From a virus: 64,000 nucleotides of DNA. Within the stretch, counting starts at the first letter, position 1. Each line of letters opens with the position of its first letter. Shown in pieces: positions 26,879-36,282 of the stretch. The DNA lies in the IMG/VR virus record IMGVR_UViG_3300031576_000013, positions 1-64,000 of that record; one strand, 5' to 3'. The notes beneath the pieces are model-generated. The model saw nothing but the letters and a program-made list of their open reading frames with translations, did not search any database and was not told the DNA's origin. A program made the position numbers and the translations under genes.

Positions 26879-27676
26879 CTAGATGAATTTTGCCACTTTA
26901 GCGACTGTTGAATCCATCAAATCCGCCGTCTGTGTGAGGGTCGTCGAAAAGGCAGCCATTTTTTGGACTGCGTCGTTCAGGGCGGTTTGACTGGTTGTCT
27001 GTGTCGGTACGAACGGAAGGTTGGTCACCAATCCCTCGATCGTTTTTGCGAGCTGTGCCAGCTCCGGAATACGCAATCGGATGACGTTCTCGATGATCCT
27101 GATCAGCAACGCCACAAGCTTGAGGATCTGGCCCACGTCTTGGAGCGATGCCTGAGTAGCCTTTTGAACTTCGAACAGCTCGTCCTGGGCACATTGCGCC
27201 GAAACGGAGAGTTCCGGATCGTTGAGCAGCTCAGCTGTGCGTAACGCCTGAACGATCTGTTCGGTTTCGAGTATCCACCTCGCAACAACATCGGCGGTCG
27301 AGCGGATAATTGCGGACAGCAAATCCAGGATGTCTTTTACAAGGACGATATATGCAACGCCTGGTGCAATTGTCGTCAAGAAGCTGATTGCCTGTTGTAA
27401 CGTCCGGATAAGCTTTTTTATCGCCGTGATCAAATCCAGCGGCGAATCCAGACTCTTCAACATGTTGTAGATCGCGACTAAAACCTCGACGATCTTGACG
27501 ATTGTGATGATCGGGTTGAGCGCTGGCGTTGCCTGTGCCAATAAGACCATCGCGATCCCCGACGGGGTCGGAGCCGCATCTATGTCCTGCTTGATCGCAC
27601 GGAGCTGGCCGAGCCCTGGGATCGTGACGGTTCGATCCTTGAACTCGGACGGCTTTACGCAGATGACGACGGCCAT
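26879..27676 (-). CDS. Hydrophobic all-helical baseplate-region protein
   Basis: Long amphipathic Ile/Leu helices; between gpV and gp25. Confidence 0.7.
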   Translation of the reverse strand: MAVVICVKPSEFKDRTVTIPGLGQLRAIKQDIDAAPTPSGIAMVLLAQATPALNPIITIVKIVEVLVAIYNMLKSLDSPLDLITAIKKLIRTLQQAISFLTTIAPGVAYIVLVKDILDLLSAIIRSTADVVARWILETEQIVQALRTAELLNDPELSVSAQCAQDELFEVQKATQASLQDVGQILKLVALLIRIIENVIRLRIPELAQLAKTIEGLVTNLPFVPTQTTSQTALNDAVQKMAAFSTTLTQTADLMDSTVAKVAKFI

Positions 27677-27683
27677 GATCGTC

Positions 27684-28307
27684 TCACAACGGTTTCGGCG
27701 ATTTCAGAACGTTGCGTCCCTTGATGATGACTCGCGGTGCATCGATCTCGATCGCGCCCTTCGATTTGATCGAGATGGCGGTTGGCGCGCTGATCAGAAC
27801 CGCGTGTGCCTTGCCGTCGCCAGCCTCGGTACTGATCTCGATGAATGATTCCACCAACGAACGTTCAGCTTCGGAAACGTTCGGAAGGAGATCTTTCGAC
27901 CGCGTCTCGAAACGAAGCTTCTTCGTCCCGCCTTCTTCACGCAGCAGGATCCGGAAGGAGTCGCTCTCGAGGATGATGTTTTCGGGCTCGTAGTCGTCGC
28001 CGCGCCCCGAAGTCGGCGTCGGTCCAGGCCAGTAGACGGGCGAATCGACGTCACCGTGGATGAACCCGACGAGTACGGTCGCGCCAAGCTTAGGAACCGC
28101 CCAGGTTCCATGACGGCCGCCGCCGCTTCCGACTCCACCCGCCGATTCTGCCCACGTGCTCGCGGTCTCGTTCAAACCGGGTATGCGAACACGTACGCGT
28201 CCCCTTTTTTCAGGGTCGGCTGTACTGGTTACGACCCCCCACCAGAGGCCGTGTTCGTCGTTCCGTTCACGAGCCTCCTCTTCGTCCGGCCAGGTACCGC
28301 GCGCCAT
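27684..28307 (-). CDS. Baseplate spike gpV/gp5 OB-fold protein
   Basis: GVVT...DPEKRGRVRVRIP...VPKLGATVLVGFIHGD...PVY. Confidence 0.92.
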   Translation of the reverse strand: MARGTWPDEEEARERNDEHGLWWGVVTSTADPEKRGRVRVRIPGLNETASTWAESAGGVGSGGGRHGTWAVPKLGATVLVGFIHGDVDSPVYWPGPTPTSGRGDDYEPENIILESDSFRILLREEGGTKKLRFETRSKDLLPNVSEAERSLVESFIEISTEAGDGKAHAVLISAPTAISIKSKGAIEIDAPRVIIKGRNVLKSPKPL

Positions 28308-29894
28308 TTATTCGCCCCTGCGCCCGTAGCGGTTGTCGGCGTAATTGCCAGACGTGTCGTGCGACTTTCGGCCCTTGGTCTTGCGCCCGCGCTTATGGGT
28401 GGCACCACCTGCCTTGAGCAAAGCAGCAGCCTCGACGACCTTGGTGCCGGGCAGCACGAGCGCTTCTTGCTCCTTCGTGGTGGCGAATTTGCGGCTTCGA
28501 ACCTCGATGATCGGGCCGCCTGTGAACGCCTTCGTGATGGAGCCCTCGCGCTTCAGCTGAAGCTCGGTCACGTACCCGTTCGAGTCGATGGTGTGCTTCG
28601 CTTCGGTGATCAACCAGGTATCGTCGAGGATTGGCGTTTCGAAGTTCTTGAGCAGCACGGTCTGTCGTGCGAGCAAACGTGGATCTCCGACAAGCCGCAG
28701 GCGCAGCGACCACTTGCGTTTCTTCCGTTCGCGGAACAATCGATTGGCGGTCGATTCGACCTTGTCGAAGGCAGCCGGCCGAAAATCCTCGAGGACAGTG
28801 TTTGTGAGGTTTATTTGACCTTGCTTGCCGAGAGGTTTTTTACCATACAGTGCGGTGCCTTCCACGGTCTTCCTGCCTTTGGCGTTGGCTGTCGCTACGT
28901 CATTCGGAGTCGGCTCGACTTCGGTTTGATCTTGAGGCGCCGAACCGGCCGTGGCCTGTTCCTCGCTGTTTGCGAGATTGCCGGGAGCGCCGCCTTTATT
29001 TTTGGAAGTTTCGAACTTTCGGCTGCGCGCATCCTTTTGCGTACTTGGGTCGTATCCTGCTACTTCGATCCCAGCAGGTATTCCCAACGTCAGGTCCGCG
29101 TCGAAGTCGAACCCAAGAATGCTGGAGTCGTCTAGATCGATTACGACGTTCGGCGTCGCGGTATCGTCGCGCGCCGCGAACAATAAACCATCGCGCCCTA
29201 CGGCGTAAATAAGTCCATGATGATCCGCAAGCTTCTTCAAGAACTGGCCGTAGCTCATCTCGGCTGTGCGAATAATGCTTTTGTGGACGACGTCAAGCTC
29301 CTTCGGAATTTCAACGCGAGCACGCTTGGCGCCCTTTGCTGCCTCGCTGAACCCCATGCGCTTCGCGGTTTGCAGCACGATCTCGGAGAGCGGCTTGCCC
29401 TCGAACAGATCGTTTCCCGTCGGGGGCCTGGTCGTGTAGAGAATGCCCGGCGCGAGCGCCTCGATCGTCACGATGTAGCCTCGACGGCGCTTCGCCCATT
29501 TACGCCCTTGGACGAGTCCTATTTTCAGTCGGCGAACGATCAGGCGTCGTTTCTGCGACATCTTGCCGGGATAGCCCCACGAAGCGTCTATGACCGCGCC
29601 ATGTGCTAACCTGTTCGGATCGACGAACTGACCTTCGTCGTCGATGAATGACAGCTCGCAGATGTCGAGCTTCTTGTCGTTGTCGGTAAGCACAAAGCTT
29701 TGCAAACGATCGATTGACCTGACTTCGAATTCTTTCGCAAACACGTCGCTCTGGACGTTGATCGAATCAGGGAACCCAGAAACAGGCGTGATGCGCACGA
29801 CCGGGAGAAAGCGGTCATACCCCCGGTCGGAGGGATCGCCTTGACCGGCTTCCTCGGGCCGCGAAAGCGCCGGAATCGAGCTCAGGAAGGGCAT
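28308..29894 (-). CDS. Baseplate hub / late control D family protein
   Basis: WGYPG; FLKKLA..HG; LVGDPRLLA...V.L....W.ITEAKH.I...GY.T. Confidence 0.9.
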   Translation of the reverse strand: MPFLSSIPALSRPEEAGQGDPSDRGYDRFLPVVRITPVSGFPDSINVQSDVFAKEFEVRSIDRLQSFVLTDNDKKLDICELSFIDDEGQFVDPNRLAHGAVIDASWGYPGKMSQKRRLIVRRLKIGLVQGRKWAKRRRGYIVTIEALAPGILYTTRPPTGNDLFEGKPLSEIVLQTAKRMGFSEAAKGAKRARVEIPKELDVVHKSIIRTAEMSYGQFLKKLADHHGLIYAVGRDGLLFAARDDTATPNVVIDLDDSSILGFDFDADLTLGIPAGIEVAGYDPSTQKDARSRKFETSKNKGGAPGNLANSEEQATAGSAPQDQTEVEPTPNDVATANAKGRKTVEGTALYGKKPLGKQGQINLTNTVLEDFRPAAFDKVESTANRLFRERKKRKWSLRLRLVGDPRLLARQTVLLKNFETPILDDTWLITEAKHTIDSNGYVTELQLKREGSITKAFTGGPIIEVRSRKFATTKEQEALVLPGTKVVEAAALLKAGGATHKRGRKTKGRKSHDTSGNYADNRYGRRGE

Positions 29895-30242
29895 TTAAAC
29901 GGCGTCCTCGTCCCTACGAGATTCCGCCCACAGTTCCGACAGCACGAACTCCGGCGCCGGGATGTAGATGATGGTTCCGGGAACCGGCGGAATCGTCGGG
30001 TCAAGTACCGGTTCGGGTTGGAAGTCTGTCAGCACCCACCAGAGCTGTTCCGCGTTCGATACCGGGTTCAGATGTTCGAACGCGAGGCTCTGCCAAGTGT
30101 CGCCCCCTTTCGCGACTATCCTGCGCGTATCCGGTCTTGGCACGAACCGAAAAGGCTCTCGATCCAGCAGAAATCGCTGCCCGTCCGTCACACGCGTCAA
30201 GCCTGTCACCAGCAGGTGCCTTGAAAACTGACCCGGCGGCAT
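29895..30242 (-). CDS. gpX/LysM-like baseplate protein
   Basis: GDTWQSLA...LWWVL.DF......P...G..IYIP. Confidence 0.85.
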   Translation of the reverse strand: MPPGQFSRHLLVTGLTRVTDGQRFLLDREPFRFVPRPDTRRIVAKGGDTWQSLAFEHLNPVSNAEQLWWVLTDFQPEPVLDPTIPPVPGTIIYIPAPEFVLSELWAESRRDEDAV

Positions 30243-30279
30243 CTAGATCTCCCCTGTTCTGGGTTCCCAATGTCTGTAA

Positions 30280-30951
30280 CTAAATCCCGAACACCAGGTT
30301 GCTGCCTGTCGTTGGGCGGTCGGATTCGTCGCCACGAAGGCCCTCGCTGCGTACATCCTCGGAGTAGCGGCGAGTCACGCGGACTTCGAGCCACGCCACC
30401 TCGACCGAGTAGGCGATCGGAGCGAGATCGATGTCGAACCGGCGGTAATCGAATGTGACGTTCGTTGCGACCGCGAGGAACGTGATGATCCTCGGCCAGA
30501 TCACCTGTACGGTCGGAGGCCGTCCGCCCGTTCGGGTCGGAAAGCAAAGCGACCGAAAGAAGTTGGCGAAATCCATCGACTTCTTCAGTACGCGGGCGCT
30601 TGCCAGGGTCGGATCGTTGTGGGTGAACGCCGCAGAAGCATCGCTCGTTGCGGGGCGCCGCCCGGCTTCGAACGCGGAAAAGTAGAAGGTCATGGGGATT
30701 TCGAGCGATCGTGTGCGGCTGTAGTGTGGGATTTCGTGGTCGAGCCCGACGACCGGCAAACGGGTCCATTCGACGTTGAGCGCTTCGCGGAGCTCCGTGG
30801 GGTTCAGGAGGACTTCGATGGCTTCCTGCCCGTTTTCTTCGCCCAACCCTGGATTTCGTATCAAGACGACACGCGCTGGAGGAATGGCGACGAGATCGCC
30901 CCGGCTGCTCGCGATTACGACCTCGCCGAGAGGGTATGTTCGAGCAGGCAT
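30280..30951 (-). CDS. CIS tube-initiator-like protein
   Basis: NPTEL.E...V.W.RL.V.GL...PPTV..IWP; follows the tape measure. Confidence 0.75.
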   Translation of the reverse strand: MPARTYPLGEVVIASSRGDLVAIPPARVVLIRNPGLGEENGQEAIEVLLNPTELREALNVEWTRLPVVGLDHEIPHYSRTRSLEIPMTFYFSAFEAGRRPATSDASAAFTHNDPTLASARVLKKSMDFANFFRSLCFPTRTGGRPPTVQVIWPRIITFLAVATNVTFDYRRFDIDLAPIAYSVEVAWLEVRVTRRYSEDVRSEGLRGDESDRPTTGSNLVFGI

Positions 30952-33294
30952 TTATTTTGCTCCGACTTGGTCGATCACATTGCCTCGTTGACGTGTAGTG
31001 TCGATGACGGCGCCAATATCGCGGTCGCCGACACGCAGAATGATTCCACTGCTGAAATTTACGTTTGTAACCTCCATATTTGTCGCACGAAGTTTTGCTA
31101 TCTGTTGAGGGGTCTGTACTACATCGGCTTTGAACCGCTCGGCTGCGGCTGCGCGAACGCGAGCTTCGGTTTCACGTCGTCCCACAGCTGGCGTTTCCTT
31201 GGTGCCGAGTCGCGCGACGGTAGCCGCAGGGCCTTTTTTCAGCTCATCCAGATCTTTTGTAAGAAGGATGTTTTGTTCGCTGAATTTGATCCTGAATTGG
31301 TCAAGCGTGTCGGTTGCTTCTTTCAAGGCTTGTTTAGCGCCAGGAACGCCTAGTTCTACCATTTTTGCCTGGATGCCGGCGGTAATTTGCAGCGCGCGAA
31401 TAGTCTCCTGAGTTTCGGATTCGGTCAACGTCATGCCTTTGCGCCATGTATCAAACGCGTTGGTGACTGTGTCGGATAAGATCGCTATGGAATCGAGCGG
31501 CAACGATTTATCGACTTTGGCAGCGGCTTCGAGAGCTGTCTGCATTTTGCGCGGCGTTTCCGGGTCGAACGCCGGATACTTCGTCACTGCGGCGCCCGTG
31601 AACTCATCGACAATTTTTCCGAAATTCGTGACAAGTTCAGCTTGTTTATTGAGTCCTTTTGCCAACGACTCGGTCGCTTGCAGACGAAGGTTTTCTGTCT
31701 GCTTGACCGTATCGGCCGCGCCTGACGCAGTACCGATATCGACCCCGAAGAATTTGAGCAACGCCGGGACGACAAGATCGGCGAGCAGCATCAAAATGCC
31801 GAATGGGATCGCTAGCTTTAGCAGTCGGAATGCTTGAGTAAGCATACGAACGCCAAGACTGGCCTCCATTGCGAGGATCGGGATGCCACTTAAGACGATT
31901 TCCATATTGGTTAGTCCGCCGGTAGTTGTGTAGGCCATCGTCCCGAGGCTGCGTACCGCATTAGTAAGAAATTTGAAGGCAAACATTGCCAGCTGTCCGA
32001 AACTGACCAAGGTCAGTAGTCCGAAACTGACCAATCCGACAGCTCCCAAAAGTAGGCCGAATCCGGCGGTCACTAGCGGAATGAACGTGAATTGACGCGC
32101 CAAACTTTCAGCGTATCCTACCGCCTTGCTGAACCAGCCTACGAGTGTCGTTAAAATCGAACTCATCGGACCAAATACCGCTGCGATTAAGCGGCCTCCC
32201 GCTTCAATCAATATTTTTAGCTGGCTGCTCAATGTTGCGGTAGCGACTGCAAATGACGGTGTGATTTCGTCGCCGCCCTGTTTGACCAAATTGTTGAAAT
32301 AAGCAACTGCGTCAGCGCCTTTGACAATTTCCCCGTTCGCCCCTTGTATGCCGCCCTTCAATGCGACGATTGACGCGTGGAACGCACGTCCTGTTTTTTC
32401 GCCGAATATGGCATTTAGCTTGGCAACGGATGCTGCGCCATCTCCCGTAACGTTGGCCAAGTCGAGCATGATGTCGGTCAACGGGCGTAATGAATTGGTT
32501 TGTTCGTCGATAGTTTTGATCTGAAACTGATCTTGCAATGCAAGCATTTTTTTCGGTGTAAGGAGTTCGGTCAGCATCTGTCGCAAAGCTGTGCCTTCGA
32601 CTTTTGCCGAGCCGAAAGAACGGCGCATCAGACCTGCGGCGACCATCAAATCATCGATGCCCACGCCGGCTGTTCTGGCGTTGGCGCCAGCGGCGATGAT
32701 GATGTCGGTAAACTCTTTCATGTTGAGTGAAGTTGCGCGTGCTAACCGTTGCATCTTGCTTAGACGTTCCGGAACCATAGCGAGCGGTTCGCCCATCAAA
32801 ACTATCTTCTGGGTCAGTTCACGGATCTGATCCGACGTCAAACCGAATGCAGTTGCAGCCAACGTCAAAGGCTTGATGACTGGCTCGATCTGCGTGGGCG
32901 TGAAACCTTCGGCCAGCAGATTCGCGGTCGCCTGTGCGACATCGTTCAACGCGGCGCCTGTTGTTTTGGCTGCGTCGATCATTGCAACTTTAAGTTGAGT
33001 CAGGTTCTCCGTTCCTCCAAGCGTGACGACGTTGACCTTTGCCATCGCCTCGGCGGTCGAGTCGGCCGCTAACGCCAGCTGTCCAGTTGCACTCGCGACT
33101 CCGCGCGCGACGTAAAGCGCTGTGAACGCGCCTGCGACCTGGACGAAATCTTTTCTAGCGACCTTTGCGTGTTCGGCGGCCAGTTTCGTGCTTCCCGAGA
33201 CGTCTTGCATGGCTTTTGCCGTCGCCGCCGCTTCCTGTTTGACTCCAGGCGCGAGAAACCTGAAGAGGAACTCGATCGTATTGAGGAGCGCCAT
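30952..33294 (-). CDS. Tape measure protein
   Basis: 780 aa, Ala-rich helical; GTALRQML core; hydrophobic middle segment; follows tube and chaperone genes. Confidence 0.92.
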   Translation of the reverse strand: MALLNTIEFLFRFLAPGVKQEAAATAKAMQDVSGSTKLAAEHAKVARKDFVQVAGAFTALYVARGVASATGQLALAADSTAEAMAKVNVVTLGGTENLTQLKVAMIDAAKTTGAALNDVAQATANLLAEGFTPTQIEPVIKPLTLAATAFGLTSDQIRELTQKIVLMGEPLAMVPERLSKMQRLARATSLNMKEFTDIIIAAGANARTAGVGIDDLMVAAGLMRRSFGSAKVEGTALRQMLTELLTPKKMLALQDQFQIKTIDEQTNSLRPLTDIMLDLANVTGDGAASVAKLNAIFGEKTGRAFHASIVALKGGIQGANGEIVKGADAVAYFNNLVKQGGDEITPSFAVATATLSSQLKILIEAGGRLIAAVFGPMSSILTTLVGWFSKAVGYAESLARQFTFIPLVTAGFGLLLGAVGLVSFGLLTLVSFGQLAMFAFKFLTNAVRSLGTMAYTTTGGLTNMEIVLSGIPILAMEASLGVRMLTQAFRLLKLAIPFGILMLLADLVVPALLKFFGVDIGTASGAADTVKQTENLRLQATESLAKGLNKQAELVTNFGKIVDEFTGAAVTKYPAFDPETPRKMQTALEAAAKVDKSLPLDSIAILSDTVTNAFDTWRKGMTLTESETQETIRALQITAGIQAKMVELGVPGAKQALKEATDTLDQFRIKFSEQNILLTKDLDELKKGPAATVARLGTKETPAVGRRETEARVRAAAAERFKADVVQTPQQIAKLRATNMEVTNVNFSSGIILRVGDRDIGAVIDTTRQRGNVIDQVGAK

Positions 33295-33305
33295 ACCTAT
33301 CCTCG

Positions 33306-33548
33306 TTATCCCCGGCGTGCACGCTTGTACGCCGCGATTTCTTCGTTACGGCGTTTCACGATCTTTTCTTGGATCCGCAAGAACAAAGTGATGTCCATTT
33401 CCATCACTTCGGTGAACGAGAGGTTGTAGCTGCTCAGTTCGGACGGGGCCATGATCGTGCTCAGGACGGCGTCTAGCCACTCGTCTGCTTCTCGTTCGAT
33501 TGCTTCCCCGTCTTCTTCAGATGCGGGAAGAAAGCCTGTACTAAAGGG
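33306..33548 (-). CDS. -1 frameshift extension of the tail assembly chaperone (GT-like product)
   Basis: Slippery C CCT TTA at 33548-33542; the -1 frame is open for 80 codons to TAA at 33306, 11 nt before the TMP start. Confidence 0.85.
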   Translation of the reverse strand, partial: PFSTGFLPASEEDGEAIEREADEWLDAVLSTIMAPSELSSYNLSFTEVMEMDITLFLRIQEKIVKRRNEEIAAYKRARRG

Positions 33549-34246
33549 AGGATGGCCCGCTGAACATTTTCACACCGGTTGCACTTGATTTCGATGATCG
33601 TATCGACGCCGCAGTCGATCGCTTCAAGTTCCTGTTGGAACTTGATTCCCTCGCTGTATGCGAGATCTTCGATCCACGTTTTCAGCGCTTCGAGATCGCT
33701 GGCGTCGATCCCTTCTACGGCGACGATCCGACTCATATAAGTCGCCATGATTGCCGGCATTCCCATGTCGCGATTGAGTTCTAGCAACCGCGCGTCGTCG
33801 CTGCCGATGAGGAATCGATACTTAACCTTACGCCCGCCGATAGTCGTCTCGAACGCTTTGCCCGTGCGTACGTTCTCGACGTACTTCGGATCCAGCTTCA
33901 CGACTGGCAGTTTGTCCAGTTCGACTTCCCAAATGAAGTGGTTTTTGCAGAACTCTTCGCTGCATACGATATCCCATGAGAACTTCGGGCCGAAGGATGC
34001 GACTCGAACTTCCTTGAAGGCGAAGATCTTATCCGCCTGGAGGATCTGTTCCCACGGGAGCACGGTCGGCGGATTGCTGCCCCAAGGATAAGGGCCGGGG
34101 TCGAGCGTCCGGACCCAGCAGTTACGTACGACTTCCGTCATGAAGCGCCCGGTACGTACGAGCTTGGGATCGGTGAGGATCATCTGCTCCTTCACCTTCA
34201 TCTCCCGGATAACGCCTTTAAGCCCAGAGGGGCACGTGATTTCCAT
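33473..34246 (-). CDS. Tail assembly chaperone (T4 gp26-like, Zn-binding)
   Basis: CPSG; CSEEFC and CNRC pairs; between tube and TMP. Confidence 0.8.
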   Translation of the reverse strand: MEITCPSGLKGVIREMKVKEQMILTDPKLVRTGRFMTEVVRNCWVRTLDPGPYPWGSNPPTVLPWEQILQADKIFAFKEVRVASFGPKFSWDIVCSEEFCKNHFIWEVELDKLPVVKLDPKYVENVRTGKAFETTIGGRKVKYRFLIGSDDARLLELNRDMGMPAIMATYMSRIVAVEGIDASDLEALKTWIEDLAYSEGIKFQQELEAIDCGVDTIIEIKCNRCENVQRAILPLVQAFFPHLKKTGKQSNEKQTSG

Positions 34247-34276
34247 GACCTAGACCTCCTGTTTGTTGTTCTTGAC

Positions 34277-34804
34277 CTAGAATTCCGTTTCGGCGGCAAG
34301 CGCCCTTACAAGCCCTCCTTTGACGGTTTCGACGCCTGGTTTGATGATGAAGTAGTCGTAGGCGAGCGTCAATTTCTCGATGATGACGTCGTCACGGCTG
34401 TTATCCCAATCGCCGGCTTCGAAATCGATCGGGAAGGCGCCGATGATGTGGTACAGGCGGGCCGCGTCCTTTTGCCTGTTGTGCTGACGCAAGACCAGGT
34501 TGCGCCGGTAGGTCGGTTGGACAGGCACGCCCAAGCCCGCGCCGCTCGAGTGGAGGATCGATTCGAGCGCCCAATCGTACATTCGGCGGCTGCGCGAGAG
34601 CCCCCGTGAAAGGGTTAGCGGGGCAAACGACGCTGGACCGGGATCCTTGATCGGGATTGTAGATCCCGCTTCCCGGTACTCGATGACGTCGATCGACGCC
34701 GTTAGCGGACCGGCTGCGGAGAAGAAGGCATCGAGACGTGCGCCTTGAGGAGACGTGACCTCTAGGCTGAAGTTGAATACCTCGAATAGATCCCGAATCG
34801 GCAC
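34277..34804 (-). CDS. Tail tube protein 2 (T4 gp19-like)
   Basis: FNF.LEV; IEYREAG...K.PG...LTLSRG; GDWDN...V.IE.LTLAYD. Confidence 0.9.
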   Translation of the reverse strand: MPIRDLFEVFNFSLEVTSPQGARLDAFFSAAGPLTASIDVIEYREAGSTIPIKDPGPASFAPLTLSRGLSRSRRMYDWALESILHSSGAGLGVPVQPTYRRNLVLRQHNRQKDAARLYHIIGAFPIDFEAGDWDNSRDDVIIEKLTLAYDYFIIKPGVETVKGGLVRALAAETEF

Positions 34805-34818
34805 ATCATTTTCTTCGT

Positions 34819-35334
34819 TTACGGGCCGACGGCCACGTTGAACCGGCCCGCGCTGAGCGCACTGGCCAATTCAAATCGATCGATAGCGAGCGTCAGCATC
34901 TCGATCACGACCTCGTCCACCGTGTTATCCCACTCACCTGCGACGTACTTCTTCGGCCACGCTCCAAAGAGTTTCCAGCGACGGATGATCTGTGTCTTGG
35001 TACGGTCGTTCTGGAGGATCGAGATGTTGCGCGAGTAGAGCGCGGGAGGCAGCCCGGCGCCGATGCCGCCCGCCTTGGCCGGGTCGGCAACCTGGAACAT
35101 CCAGTTGTGGAGATCGACGTCCACGCCGACGCCGCGATCGAGCGTGACATCCGAGATCGTCACGCGGCCCGGCCACTTGATCGGTATGAGCGCACCGCCT
35201 TCGTAGTAATCGATCTGCGCGACTTCCTGAGAAAGCTCGCTGGCTTTCTGGAAAAACAGCTTGTCGATTCCGTCGATTTGCACACGAAAATTGAATTTTT
35301 CGTGCAAGGTTCGCGCAGCAGCGAGAGATGGCAT
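34819..35334 (-). CDS. Tail tube protein 1 (T4 gp19-like)
   Basis: FNFRVQIDG; YYEGG...KWPG...VTLDRG; WKLFGAWPKKY.AGEWDN. Confidence 0.93.
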   Translation of the reverse strand: MPSLAAARTLHEKFNFRVQIDGIDKLFFQKASELSQEVAQIDYYEGGALIPIKWPGRVTISDVTLDRGVGVDVDLHNWMFQVADPAKAGGIGAGLPPALYSRNISILQNDRTKTQIIRRWKLFGAWPKKYVAGEWDNTVDEVVIEMLTLAIDRFELASALSAGRFNVAVGP

Positions 35335-36276
35335 TCAATTTCTCCTTTCGTCTGAATCTTGAGGTAACTGGGCGAATTCTGGATGTGCCACTTCAGAGAG
35401 GGATTTAGCGTTGTGACAGGTCATACATAGCGCTTGGCCATTTTCGACGTTTGACCTGCCACCATCGACGTAACGAACGCCGTGGTCGAACTCTAGCTTT
35501 TCAAGATCGTTTTCACCACAGCGAACGCATTTGAACTCGCAACGCATTAGAATCCTAACTTTGTCGACGAACGAGAACCCTCTCGGCGTTAAAATTTGTT
35601 CGCGTCGGCGGCTATGGCGTTTACGGCGTTTGTGCCCCGGAAGATATTGAGGCGGTCCGGCGTAATGATGGCGCGGCTTAAGTTGAATAACGCTTTTGCA
35701 TCCGCAACTACAAAAATACTTTCCTTGATGATCTGCGAGCCATTTGCTGATTACAGCTCGCCGATGATGGCCTTGTAAGAATCTAGACTTGTACCAGGTA
35801 TGAAATCGTTTCAATTCAATGACCCCATCACAACCGCAAGCACACAATCGCGGCTTACTAGCTAGTTCTGCCAACTTGGCTGCGGTGACGGCCTTGCGAT
35901 TATGACCGTAAATGTACAAGCGCGTCGCGGAAGGGCTGACGATGAACGTCTTTTTGCATCCGCAATTGCAGAGGCGGGTTTCACGCTTCGGGAGTATCGC
36001 GGCAAAATGATTGCGTACGGCTGCAATCCTTCGCGTTGCGACTTCAGGCACCATCGCGTTGTGTCCGTGAACATAAATTGAGTTCGTCTTGCCGAGATTT
36101 TTCGCCGTCCGATTTACTGGGCTGCCGCAACCACAACTACAAACCAGGGCAGGCCCTTCAACGATCCATCGCTCGGCTGCTGCCTTGCGGTGCCCGAAAA
36201 TCCACGAGCTGTTTTGCGGCGCAGGTTTTTCGCAGCCGCAAGCGCAAGCGCGTTTTTTGGATGCAGCATCAATCAT
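35335..36276 (-). CDS. HNH endonuclease with five tandem CxCGC...GH Zn-finger repeats
   Basis: CACGC, CSCGC, CNCGC, CACGC, CSCGC; C-terminal CVRC...FDH....GG.....N.QALC..CH; lower GC. Confidence 0.9.
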   Translation of the reverse strand: MIDAASKKRACACGCEKPAPQNSSWIFGHRKAAAERWIVEGPALVCSCGCGSPVNRTAKNLGKTNSIYVHGHNAMVPEVATRRIAAVRNHFAAILPKRETRLCNCGCKKTFIVSPSATRLYIYGHNRKAVTAAKLAELASKPRLCACGCDGVIELKRFHTWYKSRFLQGHHRRAVISKWLADHQGKYFCSCGCKSVIQLKPRHHYAGPPQYLPGHKRRKRHSRRREQILTPRGFSFVDKVRILMRCEFKCVRCGENDLEKLEFDHGVRYVDGGRSNVENGQALCMTCHNAKSLSEVAHPEFAQLPQDSDERRN

Positions 36277-36282
36277 CGCTGT

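Noticed and set aside
28056-29135. Long + strand ORFs opposite structural genes (also 19786, 44746, 50401 and others)
   Set aside because: Antisense shadows expected in GC-rich coding DNA; the minus-strand products carry recognisable motifs
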